Shown here one piece after another: positions 45,669 to 55,588 of a stretch of 64,000 nt of DNA. The translations under genes were made by a program, and so were the position numbers. The notes beneath the pieces are model-generated. The model did no database searches. It saw only the letters and a program-made list of their open reading frames with translations, and was not told the DNA's origin. Origin of the DNA: Deltaproteobacteria bacterium (lineage in GTDB: Bacteria > Desulfobacterota > Syntrophobacteria > Syntrophobacterales > Syntrophobacteraceae); contig JAJYDE010000008.1 of NCBI GenBank assembly GCA_021777755.1, positions 14,984 through 78,983 on the forward strand. Direction: 5' to 3'. The number at the start of each line of letters is the position of its first letter. Positions within the stretch are counted from its first letter, which is position 1.

Positions 45669-47603
45669 ATGTGTGGTATCGCGGGTATGTTTTTTAATTG
45701 TGCCAAAGGCCCGGTGAGCGAGCCTGACATGTCTTCCGCACTGGGGCGGCTTGCGCGACGCGGACCCGACGGGCAGGGAATAAGCCGCGGCCGGGGCTGG
45801 GTCTTCGGGCACAGGCGTTTGGCGGTCATCGACTTGAAGGGGGGAGTGCAGCCCTTCGAGGCTCCCGGCGGCGTGCTCACCTATAACGGAGAGCTTTACA
45901 ACTACCGGGAGCTACGGGACCAGTTGCGGGCCGCGGGGCAGGTGTTTACGACGGCTTCCGATACCGAGGTGCTGCTCAAGTCCTGGTTGTTCTGGGGCCC
46001 CGATTGCCTCAAGCGTTTCAACGGCATGTTCGCCTTCGCCATCTATGACGCCGCACAAGACGCCCTCTTCCTGGCCAGGGACCACCTGGGGATCAAGCCG
46101 CTCTTTTATCATGCCGGTAAAAGCGGGTTCTATTTCGCTTCATCGATGGCGGCGCTGCTGGCCTTTAAAGAGGTGCCTGCGGTAGCCGACCCCGTGGGGA
46201 TCTCCCATTATCTTACCACCACCCAGGTGACAATGGGCGCCCGCACCCTGGTAAAGGAGGTGTGCTGCCTGGAACCGGGCCACTGGCTGGAGGTGCGGCG
46301 CGATTTCGAGGAAAATCCGCCCAAGGCCTTGCGCTACTGGCGAATTGCCGACCAAAGCCGGGAGGCGATACCCTTCGAAGATGCGCTCGCCCGGACGCGC
46401 GAGCTTGTCCACGACTCGGTGCGGTCACAGCTGGTAAGCGATGTGCCTTTGGGCGGATTTTTAAGTGGTGGCATCGACTCGACAATCATCGCCTCTCAGG
46501 CGTCCAAACTCTGTTCTTTCAACGCCTATAGCGTGGGATACGATTGTGCGCCCTTCGCCGGCGAATCCTACAACGAATGGCCATATATTCGAGAGGCCGC
46601 GGCTCGCTATGGTATTGGATGCAAGGAAATTGTCCTGCGGGAATCGGATTACCCCGAGGACTGGAAATTTCTCATCGCCCAAAAGGGCCAACCCCTCAGC
46701 ACACCCAATGAAATCGGCATCTACAGGCTGGCCGACGCCTTGAGACGGGAATATACCGTGGCACTTAGCGGTGAGGGCGCCGACGAGGTCTTCGGGGGAT
46801 ATACCGAAGCCTATTTTTCGGTTACCGATTTCATCCACTCTCAGCACCTGGGCCGGCTTCCACCCAACGTCAGTCAATCCGTTTCCGCCGCCTTGAAGCG
46901 CATGTACGGGACCGATCAGTTTCATTCCCTGCTAGACCATTTTTTGCGAGTGGTCAGTTTCATGAATTTCGGGATCAAATTCAACCTGTTGCGGCCGCAA
47001 TGGCAGGAGGCGCTAAAAAGCGACGAAGCCCTCATCCTTCACTATGCCGAGCGCTTTGCCGCCATGAATAACTGCACGCCTTTCGACACCTACATGCGAT
47101 TGCTGCTGGAAAAAAATCTGCAGAATCTGCTTTTCCGCCTTGATTCGAGCACCATGGCCGCTTCCGTGGAAGGTCGCGTACCCTTCACAGATCCACGCCT
47201 CGTGTCTCTGCTTTTTTCGCTTCCCGATCATTATAAAATGGATTGGACCAAGGAGGCGGGCGAAAACGAAATTTGGAATCTCAACACGGTCGAAGCCGCC
47301 GCCCGGGGACTGATCAGGAGTAAGATTCTGCTGCGGGCCGCTTTTGCCGATGTGGTGCCGCAATCAATCCTCAACAGGGTCAAGGTGAGCTTCCCGGTAC
47401 CGTTTCGCCAATGGTTCGGAGGCTCTTTGCGCCAAATGGTGGAAAGCCGTCTTCGCGAAAACCCCTGGGCCAGGGACTGGTTGCGGCCCGAATCGGTGGA
47501 CATGCTTCTTGCCAACCTGGATCAGGCGGCCTACGCACTGCTTGTGTGGCCTTTGCTCAACCTGTGCCTGTGGCAGGAAGCCATGGGCATCTCCTGGGAG
47601 TAG
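45669..47603 (+). CDS. asparagine synthase-family glutamine amidotransferase (AsnB-like)
   Basis: MCGIAG is the N-terminal nucleophile Cys of class II GATases. SGGIDS is the PP-loop. 644 aa. The ORF upstream of ATG 45669 is non-homologous. Confidence 0.85.
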   Translation: MCGIAGMFFNCAKGPVSEPDMSSALGRLARRGPDGQGISRGRGWVFGHRRLAVIDLKGGVQPFEAPGGVLTYNGELYNYRELRDQLRAAGQVFTTASDTEVLLKSWLFWGPDCLKRFNGMFAFAIYDAAQDALFLARDHLGIKPLFYHAGKSGFYFASSMAALLAFKEVPAVADPVGISHYLTTTQVTMGARTLVKEVCCLEPGHWLEVRRDFEENPPKALRYWRIADQSREAIPFEDALARTRELVHDSVRSQLVSDVPLGGFLSGGIDSTIIASQASKLCSFNAYSVGYDCAPFAGESYNEWPYIREAAARYGIGCKEIVLRESDYPEDWKFLIAQKGQPLSTPNEIGIYRLADALRREYTVALSGEGADEVFGGYTEAYFSVTDFIHSQHLGRLPPNVSQSVSAALKRMYGTDQFHSLLDHFLRVVSFMNFGIKFNLLRPQWQEALKSDEALILHYAERFAAMNNCTPFDTYMRLLLEKNLQNLLFRLDSSTMAASVEGRVPFTDPRLVSLLFSLPDHYKMDWTKEAGENEIWNLNTVEAAARGLIRSKILLRAAFADVVPQSILNRVKVSFPVPFRQWFGGSLRQMVESRLRENPWARDWLRPESVDMLLANLDQAAYALLVWPLLNLCLWQEAMGISWE

Positions 47604-47697
47604 GAGGCAAAATCCAAGGGAGACTGGTAACTCCGGGGGGGGTGCGGCAAAAGGGAAATAAGTCCGGTCTCACTCCCCTTTCGCAACATCGATAGCA

Positions 47698-48414
47698 TCA
47701 ATGGAAATTTCGGGCGGATACCGCCCCGACCTCTTGTTTGCGCCGAAAAAACAGTGCCCAACCAAGCATCGCGCCTACCACCAAAAACAGCGAGGAGGGT
47801 TCCGGGACAGCCGCCGTGCCGCCGACTCCGCAGCCATTGGTTCCAAAATAGGCTTTAAGATCGGTCAGCTGCGAGAGATCCAGACCCGATGCACCGGAAA
47901 AGACAAAAGTTACGGAGTTTTCGGCAAAAGGGTGATGGTTTTTCATGCCGTCCAGGTTGATATTGGTGCCGTTCGCCACGATTCCGTATTGAGCGCTGCC
48001 GGGAGCCGACTTGTGTATGGTGCCGGCATCAAAGAGACCGTTTTCTCCCGATGTGGCTATGCCATAGGCGTCGCTGCCGTGGGAGCTGGAAAGCGTATTC
48101 GTCCAAGTACCCGAAATGTTGTTGCCTCCGCTCGGAGTCAAAGAACTGGCGGTTGTGCTCAAAAGCTTGAGGGTAATATTGTCAAAGCCGGGCGCCTGCC
48201 AGGTGAGCCCGGTAAGGACACCGGCATCACTCAATGTTCCGCCCCTCGTGGTATTGGTCAGAACCACCGTAAGATCGTTGCCCGAAAGGGTGAAGCTCGC
48301 TGTCGCCGAATTTGTCCCGGCGAAAGTGAACGAGGTGGTCGCCCAAGCCCTGGCGCTTAACAGAGTAGATGCAAGAATCGCCGCTGCGAAAATAACCGGT
48401 TTTAAGTTATGCAT
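47698..48414 (-). CDS. PEP-CTERM sorting-domain surface protein
   Basis: ATG 48414 follows AGGAGG. The protein has a signal peptide and a Thr/Ser/Gly/Asn-rich body. The C-terminal VPEPSSLFLVVGAMLGWALFFRRKQ supplies the PEP motif, a TM span and a basic cluster. Confidence 0.85.
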   Translation of the reverse strand: MHNLKPVIFAAAILASTLLSARAWATTSFTFAGTNSATASFTLSGNDLTVVLTNTTRGGTLSDAGVLTGLTWQAPGFDNITLKLLSTTASSLTPSGGNNISGTWTNTLSSSHGSDAYGIATSGENGLFDAGTIHKSAPGSAQYGIVANGTNINLDGMKNHHPFAENSVTFVFSGASGLDLSQLTDLKAYFGTNGCGVGGTAAVPEPSSLFLVVGAMLGWALFFRRKQEVGAVSARNFH

Positions 48415-48870
48415 ATTTCTCCTCCTTTCCACGACGATGAATGTAAGTCGGAATCGGCAAACATCAATGTTAGGAGCAACAAAAAATATTCGGTGAAGCG
48501 TAAAAAAGCGGGGGTATCCAAGTCCGGATGAAGATGGCAGGCTTTGCCGTCGTGCAGCCGATTGGCTGCACGCCCCCCCCCAAAGGGGGATTACGACGGG
48601 TCTGCCAAACGCGGGAAGCTATATTTTGCTGTGTCCATAAGCGGGCTGGCCTGCCGGTTTTCCCGTGAGCAGGCCTTCCTCGCGCACGGCTTTTAAGGCT
48701 GATCGGGCCGCGAAAGACCGGTGTGATCAGAAAAGGGCATCAGGAGCCAGGGAACAAAGCCCTGCCCGGGGAAAAACAGGCATGGGCCGGTATACATGAG
48801 ATGACGAATATGGTGACAGGGTCCGCCAGAGGGTCTGGACTCGGACCGTTTGCACATCGATGGTTGGTTT

Positions 48871-49698
48871 TCATCCCTTGTAGCCGTGTTGGAGCAGATA
48901 GGAATAGAATTTGGGTTTTAGCCAGCGGCTGCGATAGGGCGGCAGAGGCGAGTTGAACGCCGCGATCCGTTCTTCCATGACTTTGGGATGGGATTTCCGG
49001 AACCGCTTCATCATGGTCAGGTTGTATTGGAAGGAGTCGGGAGGCCGGACATGTTCTCTTCCGTAATGGCCTCTTAGAAGACTCGCCTTCTCGGCAAGCT
49101 TGGATGGGTCCTTTACCGAAGTATAATGATATATCCGGATATTGCTTTTCACGTAATGCTCTTTGGGCCCTTCGAGAATTCTCCTTGGCGCCCCGCGCAG
49201 GGCGAAGGCGACCGCATCCCCGATGCTTACGACCTCGCCGGTGTTTCGTATGATGCGGCAGGCTTTTCTGTGGCTGTAAGGATTATAGGTCCGGTAGTCG
49301 CCGTAGAAATGGATGAACCGCAGGCTGATCGTCTTTACGGAAGGTTTGCCGTCGCATTTTTCAATCAGTTTCTTGAGCTTGGGGAGGTCCTTTTCATGAA
49401 TGACCTCATCGGCCTGGAGACTGAAGGCCCAATCGCCTTTGCATTCGCCGAGGGCGATATTGGTCAGATGGCTGAAAATTTCACCGCCATATTTGAAATC
49501 GTCGCGCCATTCATTTTCCACTATGCGGACCTTGTCGCTTCCGATGCTCTTTATCAGATCGACTGTGCCGTCTTCGGACCTGCCCACCAAAACGATGTAT
49601 TCATCGACTATCGGAAGAATGGATTTGATCGATTCAACGACCGGATATTGGAGCTTGATGGCGTTTTTAACAATGGTAAAACCCGAGATCTTCATCAA
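48871..49698 (-). CDS. family 2 glycosyltransferase-like protein
   Basis: 275 aa. ISGFTIVKNAIKLQYPVVESIKSILPIVDEYIVLVG...SLQADEV follows a GT-A/GT2 pattern. Confidence 0.7.
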   Translation of the reverse strand: MMKISGFTIVKNAIKLQYPVVESIKSILPIVDEYIVLVGRSEDGTVDLIKSIGSDKVRIVENEWRDDFKYGGEIFSHLTNIALGECKGDWAFSLQADEVIHEKDLPKLKKLIEKCDGKPSVKTISLRFIHFYGDYRTYNPYSHRKACRIIRNTGEVVSIGDAVAFALRGAPRRILEGPKEHYVKSNIRIYHYTSVKDPSKLAEKASLLRGHYGREHVRPPDSFQYNLTMMKRFRKSHPKVMEERIAAFNSPLPPYRSRWLKPKFYSYLLQHGYKG

Positions 49699-49770
49699 TA
49701 TTCCCCTTTGGCTTTGCGGCAGCTTCTACAGAAAAAGGGCCGCCTTGGCAAATAAAAAAAACTCCAATTT

Positions 49771-51105
49771 TCAGCCGACGACGGTTCCTCTGAGATCTTC
49801 TCCGCTAAAGCCCTTCACCTTGACCATAACAAACTTTCCGGAGCAAATGCCTTCAGCCGGCAAAAAAAACACCTTCACATAGTTGCCCGAGAGGCCTTCG
49901 AAGAGGTCGGAGCGGACTTTTGTCTCCACGAGGAGCTCCAGATTTTGCCCCTGGAGTTTTTCGCGGAAGGCGCGCTTTTTCCGCCTGCCAAGCTCCTGGA
50001 GGATCAAGGCGCGCCGTTTCATCTCATCGGGGTGCACGGGGTCGCAAAACTGCGCGGCCGGGGCGCCGGGGCGAGGCGAAAAGGGAAATACGTGCAGATA
50101 GCCAAGAGGCAGTCCGTCGATAAAGGCGAGGGTATTTTCAAACTGCTTTTCGCTTTCTCCCGGAAAGCCGGTTAGCACATCGGCGCCGATGGCCGCCTCC
50201 GGAAACGAGGCGACAAGGCGGTGGACAAGCTCGCTGTAATTCCCGGGGCTGTAGGATCGGCCCATTCGCGAAAGGATGACAGGATCTGCGCTTTGCAGCG
50301 GGATATGGAAATGGCGGCAGATCCACGGGTTGGCTGAAATCACCTCCACCAGCCGCGAATCGAATTCTTCGGGTTCGATGGAACTGAGCCGGAGGCGCGG
50401 AGGTAAAGGAGCGCTCGAAGCGATCATTTCGAGCAGATCGGGCAGGCTTCGGGGCGAGGCAAGATCTTTTCCCCATTTCCCGAGGTGGATTCCTGTCAGC
50501 ACAATTTCCCCGTAACCGGCCCGGATCAGTTGATGGAGCTGCTCGAGGGCGAGCGCGGGCGCAAGGCTGCGGCTTTTTCCCCGCACACGGGGCACGACGC
50601 AGTAGGAGCAAAAGGCATCGCAGCCGTCCTGGACTTTGAGCATGGCCCTGGTTCGGCCCGTATGCATGTGCGAGACGGGCGAAATGTCAAAATCCGCGCA
50701 CAGGCGCGGGTCGGGATCGAGCCCGATGCAGGGTTTTTCGAAGCTGCCGGGGCGGCGCAGCCATTCGAGGAGCTTAAATTTTCCGGGGTTTCCGAGAATA
50801 TGGGTGGCCAGCCCCTCGCGGGCTATCCGTTGCCCGTCGAGTTGGGCGTAGCACCCCGCGGCCACCACTCGTGCCTCCGGATTGGTCCGCCGCGCCCTGC
50901 GCAGCAGTTGCCGGGTTTGCGATCCCGCCTTGGCCGTTACCGCGCAGCTGTGTACGATATAGACGTCGGCGCTTTCGCGGAACGAAACGGCTCTGTAGCC
51001 CGCCTGTTTTAAAAGTTCGAAAAAGTAGGAGGTTTCATACTGGTTGACCTTGCAGCCCAGGGTTTCAATAGCAACTGTCGGCTCATGGTGTTCTTCCGGC
51101 CTCAA
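49771..51105 (-). CDS. mtaB: tRNA t6A37 methylthiotransferase MtaB (radical SAM MTTase)
   Basis: VAIETLGCKVNQYE marks the UPF0004 domain, CDAFCSYCVVP the radical SAM cluster, and a TRAM-like domain forms the C-terminus. The ORF opens at 51255. TTG 51105 after GAGGGGA gives the canonical N-terminus and a TTGA overlap with the upstream stop. Confidence 0.8.
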   Translation of the reverse strand: MRPEEHHEPTVAIETLGCKVNQYETSYFFELLKQAGYRAVSFRESADVYIVHSCAVTAKAGSQTRQLLRRARRTNPEARVVAAGCYAQLDGQRIAREGLATHILGNPGKFKLLEWLRRPGSFEKPCIGLDPDPRLCADFDISPVSHMHTGRTRAMLKVQDGCDAFCSYCVVPRVRGKSRSLAPALALEQLHQLIRAGYGEIVLTGIHLGKWGKDLASPRSLPDLLEMIASSAPLPPRLRLSSIEPEEFDSRLVEVISANPWICRHFHIPLQSADPVILSRMGRSYSPGNYSELVHRLVASFPEAAIGADVLTGFPGESEKQFENTLAFIDGLPLGYLHVFPFSPRPGAPAAQFCDPVHPDEMKRRALILQELGRRKKRAFREKLQGQNLELLVETKVRSDLFEGLSGNYVKVFFLPAEGICSGKFVMVKVKGFSGEDLRGTVVG

Positions 51106-52343
51106 ATCCCCATCCCCTCTGCGTAAAAAGCCATACTGGCGAAGGTGACAAAAGAACCATTTTCGTCCACCAGGGCATGTGATTGGCTGAGGGTCTGTCC
51201 AAGAGCGTGCCCCTCGAGCGCCTTTGCCATCGTATAGAGGGGAGCGACCCCGCATATCTTTCTGCTGTTGCCGTCTTGATTGATGGTTTGGAGGAAATCA
51301 TCCGCGCGGCACCTTTCGAGCAGTTTCAAAAGGCGAGCGTCCAGGGCGAGACTACGTTCGATCATCCCGGCATTCGGCCTGAAGTCGTCTCCGTAGCGAG
51401 GGCCGACATGGGCAAAATCAACGCTTGCGATTATCCCCGTCGAGCCCTTGCCTGCAAGGACAAGTTCGCGAAGGAGCCCGGCGAACTCATCGACCCTTTT
51501 GCGCTCCGCCCCGTGGTCCTCGGGGTCGAAGGAACACAGTATCGGTACGATGCGCGCCCCCGGCTGCAGAAAAGATAGAAATACCGCCTGGAATTCTATC
51601 GTATGCTCCGTTCGGTGATTATATTGGCTTGCGCGAAGGTCGAACGGGGTTCGATCGAGCAATTGCGCGCAGATTTTGCGATCGCAGGCCACAAGGCCGA
51701 GCGGTGTTTCGAAATCTTTAACGGTCAGGGCAAAGCAGTTTTTTACGTACTCGTGCCCTGTGCCCAGCACGATCCAGGTGTCTGGGGCCAAGCTTTCGGC
51801 AGCCGATTTATAGGCATGGGCAAAACAGGGACCGCCCGCATTGAGATCGATATGGGGGGCCACCAGGCCAACGATTTTGCGGGCTCTCTTTGTCGCGGGG
51901 CGCGCAAAGCCCGGACCGCCGTTTTCGGCTCTGAAAAAGGCGCCCAGTTTTTCCCGAAGCTCCGATGCCTTGAGCGGGTAGCTCGAACCGGCATGACACA
52001 TTTTTCTAACCGGGCTCTCAAGGAATTGGGAGATTTGTTTTGCCGCCAGGTTTCGAAACCGATCATTATCGAGGAAAAGATGCTGGTCGAGAATTTCGAC
52101 CAGGTTGCGCAGTTCTTCCATGGGAATCGACTGGCCGGTCTGTTTCATGAAACCGGCTTGCAGCTCTTCCAGGGAATTGCCGCCGTTCATGTTGGCCAGA
52201 AGGTGGAGCGCTATCGGGGGGAAGACCAGGCTTTCGGACGAGTAGCCCGTTCGGTCTCGAACAAGGATCAATTTTTCTCCGCAATGTTCGATCGGCCGGG
52301 CTTCGAGGTCTTCTCGGAGTTTGGGGTGCGGCTGTTTTGTCAT
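51102..52343 (-). CDS. Memo-like protein (AmmeMemoRadiSam system protein B family) with ~100-aa N-terminal extension
   Basis: 413 aa. Carries HAGSSYP, VAPHIDLNAGGPCFAHAY, LGTGH, HRTEHTIEFQAVFL and VDFAHVG, following the Memo/extradiol-dioxygenase-like motif order. Confidence 0.75.
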   Translation of the reverse strand: MTKQPHPKLREDLEARPIEHCGEKLILVRDRTGYSSESLVFPPIALHLLANMNGGNSLEELQAGFMKQTGQSIPMEELRNLVEILDQHLFLDNDRFRNLAAKQISQFLESPVRKMCHAGSSYPLKASELREKLGAFFRAENGGPGFARPATKRARKIVGLVAPHIDLNAGGPCFAHAYKSAAESLAPDTWIVLGTGHEYVKNCFALTVKDFETPLGLVACDRKICAQLLDRTPFDLRASQYNHRTEHTIEFQAVFLSFLQPGARIVPILCSFDPEDHGAERKRVDEFAGLLRELVLAGKGSTGIIASVDFAHVGPRYGDDFRPNAGMIERSLALDARLLKLLERCRADDFLQTINQDGNSRKICGVAPLYTMAKALEGHALGQTLSQSHALVDENGSFVTFASMAFYAEGMGI

Positions 52344-52502
52344 CTTGGATGATTTCCCTGGCGAAATGTTGAAAACGGAATTACTTTCCTCGGGTCGAGA
52401 GGCTCGATTTCATTGACTGAGAAGCCGTATCGTGCTAATCCTGAAAAGCTGTACTTCAACTGCTTTTTCGTCTCCTTTCAACAGGAGGGCTTCGTCTCTT
52501 CA

Positions 52503-54200
52503 ATGACTTCTATGCGTTTGTTCGTCTGTATTTTGTGTGGCGTCCTTCTTTCCGGCTGCAGCCAGTCACTGTTGTCCCCGGCCGCGCCGGGGCCTGCGCC
52601 CAAGGCGTCCATGGATGTTCGGGCCGAGGCCTACTATCAGTATTTGGCCGCCCGGCAATATGTTAACGAAAAGCACTACAACAAGGCAATAGAAGCTTAC
52701 GGGAAAGCCTTGCGGATCGATCCCGGCTCCCCCGAGCTTCAAATGGAACTTGCCTCGCTTTACTTTCACCAAAAACAGTTCGATGCGGCACTGAAGCTCC
52801 TTGAGTCCTCGATCGGCGCCGCTCCGGGTCGGGCGAGCGCCTATCTTCTTCTTGGCCGGATCTATGCCGAGAAAGGTCGTCTGGACGATGCGGCCCGGTC
52901 CTTCAATCGGGCCATTGCGATCGACCCTTCGATGACCGAGGCCTACCTTTTCCTCGGGGCGCTCTATGCCCAGCAGAGCCATTTCAACAAGGCCATCGAA
53001 GTGTTTGACCAGCTCGCGCAAAAGGCGCCCGGAAATCCCGTGCCTCTTTACTACAAGGCACGGATATTCCTGGATATGAAGTATTACGACCAGGCCGAGC
53101 AGGTGTTGAAGCAATTGCTTGCCGAGCAGCCGGGGTTCCAGGACGCGATGCTCGACCTGGCCTATATTTATGAGGTTACCGACCGGCCAGGGGAGGCCGA
53201 AAAGACCTACCTGCAAATTCTTCTGAGCAATCCGGCCAACGTGCGGGCGCTTGCCAGACTGGGAAACCTTTACATGCGCGCAGACAGGGGCGGGGAGGCC
53301 ATCCAGCAGTTCGACCGCTTGCTCGCCATCGACCCCAAGAATGCGGAAAGTCGCCTCAAGATCGGGATTATCCACCTTCAGCAGAAAAACTACAAGGCTG
53401 CCGAGGAGGACTTCAAGGTTCTATTGAAGAGTAATCCCAAGTTCGATCAGCCCCTTTATTACCTTGCGCTGGCGCAAGAGGCCACCTCGGACTATCGGGG
53501 GGCGATCCGCAGCCTCGGGGCCATTTCCACCGCAAGCCCCATGTGGAATGCGGCCCAAACGCGCATGGCCAAGATTTATGTGAAAATGAAAGACTTTCGC
53601 AATGCCGCCGCGGTTTTAAACGAGGCTATCGCCAAAAGCCCCGGGGCGAGCGATCTGTACGTGAACCTGGCGCTGGTTTATGAAAAGGCCAATAGAACCC
53701 GGGAGGCTCTAGACACCCTCGATCGGGGACTCAAGGTTTTGCCCGGCAATTCCAGTCTGCTTTTCCGCAAAGGCCTCGAGCTGTCCCAAATGGGCCGGGA
53801 GAGTGAAGCCATCGAGACGATGCGCAAAATCCTGGCTTCCGAGCCAAGGAACCCGGACGCGCTCAACTTTATCGGCTACAGTTACGCGGAAAAAGGGATT
53901 CACCTGCTGGAGGCCAAGGAGTTGATCCTGCAAGCGCTAAGCGCTTCCCCCGATGACGGCTACATAATGGACAGTCTCGGCTGGGTCTATTTCAAGATGG
54001 GAAAACACAAAAAAGCGCTCGACACGCTGCTTGAGGCGGTAAAGAGGGCGCCCGAGGACCCGGTTATCCGGGAACATTTGGGCGATGTCTATCTGAAGCT
54101 CGGCAAAAAGGCGAAGGCCGGCGAAGCCTACCGCAAAGCCATCGAGTTCAAACAGACGGGGGTGGAAACCATCAGGGCCAAGCTCAACGCCATCAGGTAG
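52503..54200 (+). CDS. TPR-repeat lipoprotein
   Basis: Signal peptide with lipobox LLSGCSQ, followed by about 14 TPR-like repeats (A..Y..AL..DP periodicity). The start is placed at ATG 52503, though the ORF opens at 52413. Confidence 0.8.
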   Translation: MTSMRLFVCILCGVLLSGCSQSLLSPAAPGPAPKASMDVRAEAYYQYLAARQYVNEKHYNKAIEAYGKALRIDPGSPELQMELASLYFHQKQFDAALKLLESSIGAAPGRASAYLLLGRIYAEKGRLDDAARSFNRAIAIDPSMTEAYLFLGALYAQQSHFNKAIEVFDQLAQKAPGNPVPLYYKARIFLDMKYYDQAEQVLKQLLAEQPGFQDAMLDLAYIYEVTDRPGEAEKTYLQILLSNPANVRALARLGNLYMRADRGGEAIQQFDRLLAIDPKNAESRLKIGIIHLQQKNYKAAEEDFKVLLKSNPKFDQPLYYLALAQEATSDYRGAIRSLGAISTASPMWNAAQTRMAKIYVKMKDFRNAAAVLNEAIAKSPGASDLYVNLALVYEKANRTREALDTLDRGLKVLPGNSSLLFRKGLELSQMGRESEAIETMRKILASEPRNPDALNFIGYSYAEKGIHLLEAKELILQALSASPDDGYIMDSLGWVYFKMGKHKKALDTLLEAVKRAPEDPVIREHLGDVYLKLGKKAKAGEAYRKAIEFKQTGVETIRAKLNAIR

Positions 54201-54287
54201 CGCGCATGCGGCGGGAAACGAGTACTTCGATCGCAATCAGGCCCATGCATCCGTTCACACATTGATTCTTCGGGGAGCCTGAGGGAA

Positions 54288-55091
54288 ATGAATTCATCTA
54301 TTGCGCACCTGTTGAAGATTTTTCTTTCTTTTCTGTTCATGCTGGTGATTGCAACGGGCTGCGTGCGGGCGCCGTTTCCTTCCCCGAAAACTTCCGGGCT
54401 TGCTCCAGAGCAGCCTTCCCCGGCCGTCCAAATCGCCGCGATGAAGTACCGGTCCGATTTTTGGAAAAATTTTCAATCCAAACTGCGCATCGACGTCAGC
54501 GGGAAGTCTGCCCGGTTCAGTTCGCCCGCGATCGTTCTGGTCAAAGCGCCCGATCTGGTGAGGTTTGAAACCTTCACCCCCATCGGCATGACCGCCGCCC
54601 TATTTGTTTCCAACCCATCCGGACCATATCTGCTGATACCTTCTCAAAAAGTGGTCTACACCGCCAGGCGGCCCGAAAGCGTTGTGCGGCGGTTTCTGGG
54701 TGGCGTGAGCTTGTCGGTTGGCTTTTTCAGTCATGTGTTGAGCGCCTCCGTTCCGGCCGAGATGCTTGGCACTCTCAAGGGTCGCTATCAAGATGGTTTG
54801 CTTAGATTGACCTCGAAGAGTTCCGCGGGATATTTCGAGTGGCAGATAGCCTCGGGTGCCCTGGTTCGTGTGTTTATCGGAAGCCCTCGATTCGAGGGGG
54901 AAGTCGTGTATGATCCCCCGGTCCCGCTTGCCGGTGAGTCCGTGCCTCAAAGAATTCACATATCCTCGAAGAAATGGAAAATGGAGGTCCGCGTTGAAAA
55001 GATGCGGCCCGCCGCACAATTTCCGCCGGGAGTTTTCCATTTGCCCGAGTTGCCCGGTGTACGGCAGGTCGTGCTGGACGGGACCAAATGA
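54288..55091 (+). CDS. LolB-like / DUF4292-type outer-membrane lipoprotein
   Basis: Lipobox VIATGCV. The beta-rich body resembles the LolA/LolB-fold DUF4292 proteins that commonly follow a TPR lipoprotein. Assignment by recognition only. Confidence 0.55.
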   Translation: MNSSIAHLLKIFLSFLFMLVIATGCVRAPFPSPKTSGLAPEQPSPAVQIAAMKYRSDFWKNFQSKLRIDVSGKSARFSSPAIVLVKAPDLVRFETFTPIGMTAALFVSNPSGPYLLIPSQKVVYTARRPESVVRRFLGGVSLSVGFFSHVLSASVPAEMLGTLKGRYQDGLLRLTSKSSAGYFEWQIASGALVRVFIGSPRFEGEVVYDPPVPLAGESVPQRIHISSKKWKMEVRVEKMRPAAQFPPGVFHLPELPGVRQVVLDGTK

Positions 55092-55588
55092 GCCAAACCG
55101 ATGAACCCGGCAAGCGCTTCGCCGCCGATATCATGCTGGGCAGGCTTGCCAGGTGGCTGCGAGTGCTGGGGTTCGACGCCCGCTCCATGGTTATTGCCAA
55201 CCGTTTCCTGATTGCGTCACTGCTTTTCGAAGGGTTTATTCCCGTTACCCGCAGGGAGAAGTTCCGGGATCGGGAAGGGGTGATTTTTATTCGAGGTAAT
55301 CATCATTTCGAGCAGTTGAGGGAATTGATATCCCTGGCCGCCCTGGGCCGTGAGGAAGTGCGCCTTTTTTCGCGCTGCATCCTCTGCAATGCCGCTCTGG
55401 AAGATGTCTTGGCGGAGGTTGTCTTTGGCGTCGTGCCCGACCATGTGTTCGAAACGGTATCGGATTTTCGCCGGTGCCCGCAATGCGCAAGGGTCTACTG
55501 GCCCGGCAGCCACAGGCGGAAAATGGTCCGGCAACTCGAAACTTTAACGGGCTGGAGCCTGTTGGAAGGAGAAGAGGGTGGAAGGTAG
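55088..55588 (+). CDS. Mut7-C RNase domain (DUF82, PIN-like + Zn ribbon) protein
   Basis: FAADIMLGRLARWLRVLGFDA is the DUF82 N-terminal signature. CILCN...CPQCARVYWPGSH is the C-terminal Zn ribbon. The ATG overlaps the upstream stop (ATGA). Confidence 0.75.
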   Translation: MSQTDEPGKRFAADIMLGRLARWLRVLGFDARSMVIANRFLIASLLFEGFIPVTRREKFRDREGVIFIRGNHHFEQLRELISLAALGREEVRLFSRCILCNAALEDVLAEVVFGVVPDHVFETVSDFRRCPQCARVYWPGSHRRKMVRQLETLTGWSLLEGEEGGR

